In this document: positions 62,807 to 64,000 of the stretch, piece by piece
Numbering within the stretch: the stretch's first letter is position 1
How the letters are laid out: the number at the start of each line of letters is the position of its first letter
Source of the DNA: Patellaria atrata CBS 101060
Lineage: Eukaryota
Direction: 5' to 3'
Assembly: GCA_010093705.1 (NCBI GenBank)
Contig: MU006105.1
Span: forward strand, 225,960-289,959
DNA: 64,000 nt
Made by a program: the position numbers and the translations under genes
The notes under the pieces: model-generated
Databases searched by the model: none
The model's input: only the letters and a program-made list of their open reading frames with translations
Told to the model about the DNA's origin: nothing

Positions 62807-64000
62807 GAAGTTGGAGTGTCGATCTTAGTCAGGAGGTCGATGAAATGGGTTCAAGCCTGCTTGATGGTAAATAATATTTTGGCGATAGTACACATGTACA
62901 ACCCGTCTTCAAGTAGTTTCGTGAATAATCATTTTTGGCTGTGGGGACTCATAGCGGGACTAGCATTTATAAAGTTATACAATCTGATGACAAGACCCAG
63001 TATAAATTGAAAAAGGCGTGACCCAATATTTGTTCTATTGGAAAACCCGTACGGTGATCTGATCAACCTAGTCTCATCTTACAAGAGGAATGAAAGCATT
63101 AAATGAGCAAAGGGTGACAAACCTACGATTCTCTGGAAACAAACAAGAAACGCCAAAACCAAACCATGACCTAAAAGAAACATTGTCCACTTACCACATA
63201 TCCACGAAACGCTTCCTCTTACTACACCAGCTCCCTATAACCTACTGCAAACCTCCATAGAATGATTGACAAGCAAAAAAAATGACCCTGTTCCCCTTGT
63301 GCGAATTGCTCTTTACCTAGCCAGAGCACAACCCAATGTATGCGTCACTAAGCGAGTGCCGAATTGTGATTGCCTGCTACAACAATGTTGGGGTCATAAC
63401 GATATACTATGGCCGTATACTATTCCCCCGTCCCCCCTTCCCCGAAAAAGCAGCCGCGACAGCTTCTAACCTCCATCTCTGAAAAGGCGTTGACAGCTAT
63501 CGTTCCAACTGAGACCACACGAAGCCAAAATACTCAGAGTAGGGATCGGAAACTCTGATTCAGTAAGTAGTAACTTGACATGGACCACGTTTAACGTAAG
63601 GACACTCTGCTCGGGGGATAATATCGGCCAGGCCCCTGTTTTGAAGGCCCTTGGGATCTAATAGGTTCGCTGGAGAACTACAGGCTATCTGTGAATCCTG
63701 CTTATACGGTTAGCGCAAGGTGGTTCACGTCTTTGATGCCTGAGATCGGGACGCATTTGGATAGACGTTAAGGGGTATAGAGGAATTGCATGTACTGTAC
63801 AGTATTGTATCGCGGAGATAAGAGAAGACCTTATGGTGTAGAAATTGTACAACAAGCTAAGATGTAACGTCGTGAGACTCTGTAACCTGGACTAGGGTTC
63901 AGCTGCCATAGGTACAAAAAGTTGTACATGGGTGAATCTGCAAATCTGTAGCCTGGATCGTTGTCGAAAGGTATTTTTGAGACTCGATGTCATACTGTAA

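Overview
Eukaryotic nuclear DNA from a filamentous ascomycete (Pezizomycotina; class not determinable here), with short GT-AG introns and CTRAC/CTAAT branch sites. About 4.3-36.3 kb is a dense housekeeping block: cystathionine beta-lyase, V-ATPase subunit F (missed by the ORF track), DUF2418 protein, EMC4, AP-2 beta adaptin, DUF1774 protein, AIM41/YqeY, Nup170/155, an EXPERA/TMEM97-like protein, ArfGAP Glo3, an LrgAB-like membrane protein, mitochondrial Hsp70, an intron-containing tRNA-Asn(GTT) and a DUF2415-like WD40 protein. From 36.3 to 57 kb the only intact gene I can identify is an NDT80/PhoG-family transcription factor; this stretch also holds a RIP-like TpA-rich tract. From 57.3 to 63 kb lies a decaying accessory locus: a C2H2-zinc-finger/kinase pseudogene, a HeLo-like N-terminal pseudogene, a diverged partial duplicate of its 3' end, and a hierarchical minisatellite. 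No clearly new system is demonstrated. The best leads are two long, base-paired introns (cystathionine beta-lyase intron 1 and AP-2 beta intron 1, the latter with an in-frame alternative acceptor), the minisatellite, and a recurring C-to-G skew flip at gene 3' ends. All exon calls and family names come from manual reading and recall; no searches or folding programs were run.
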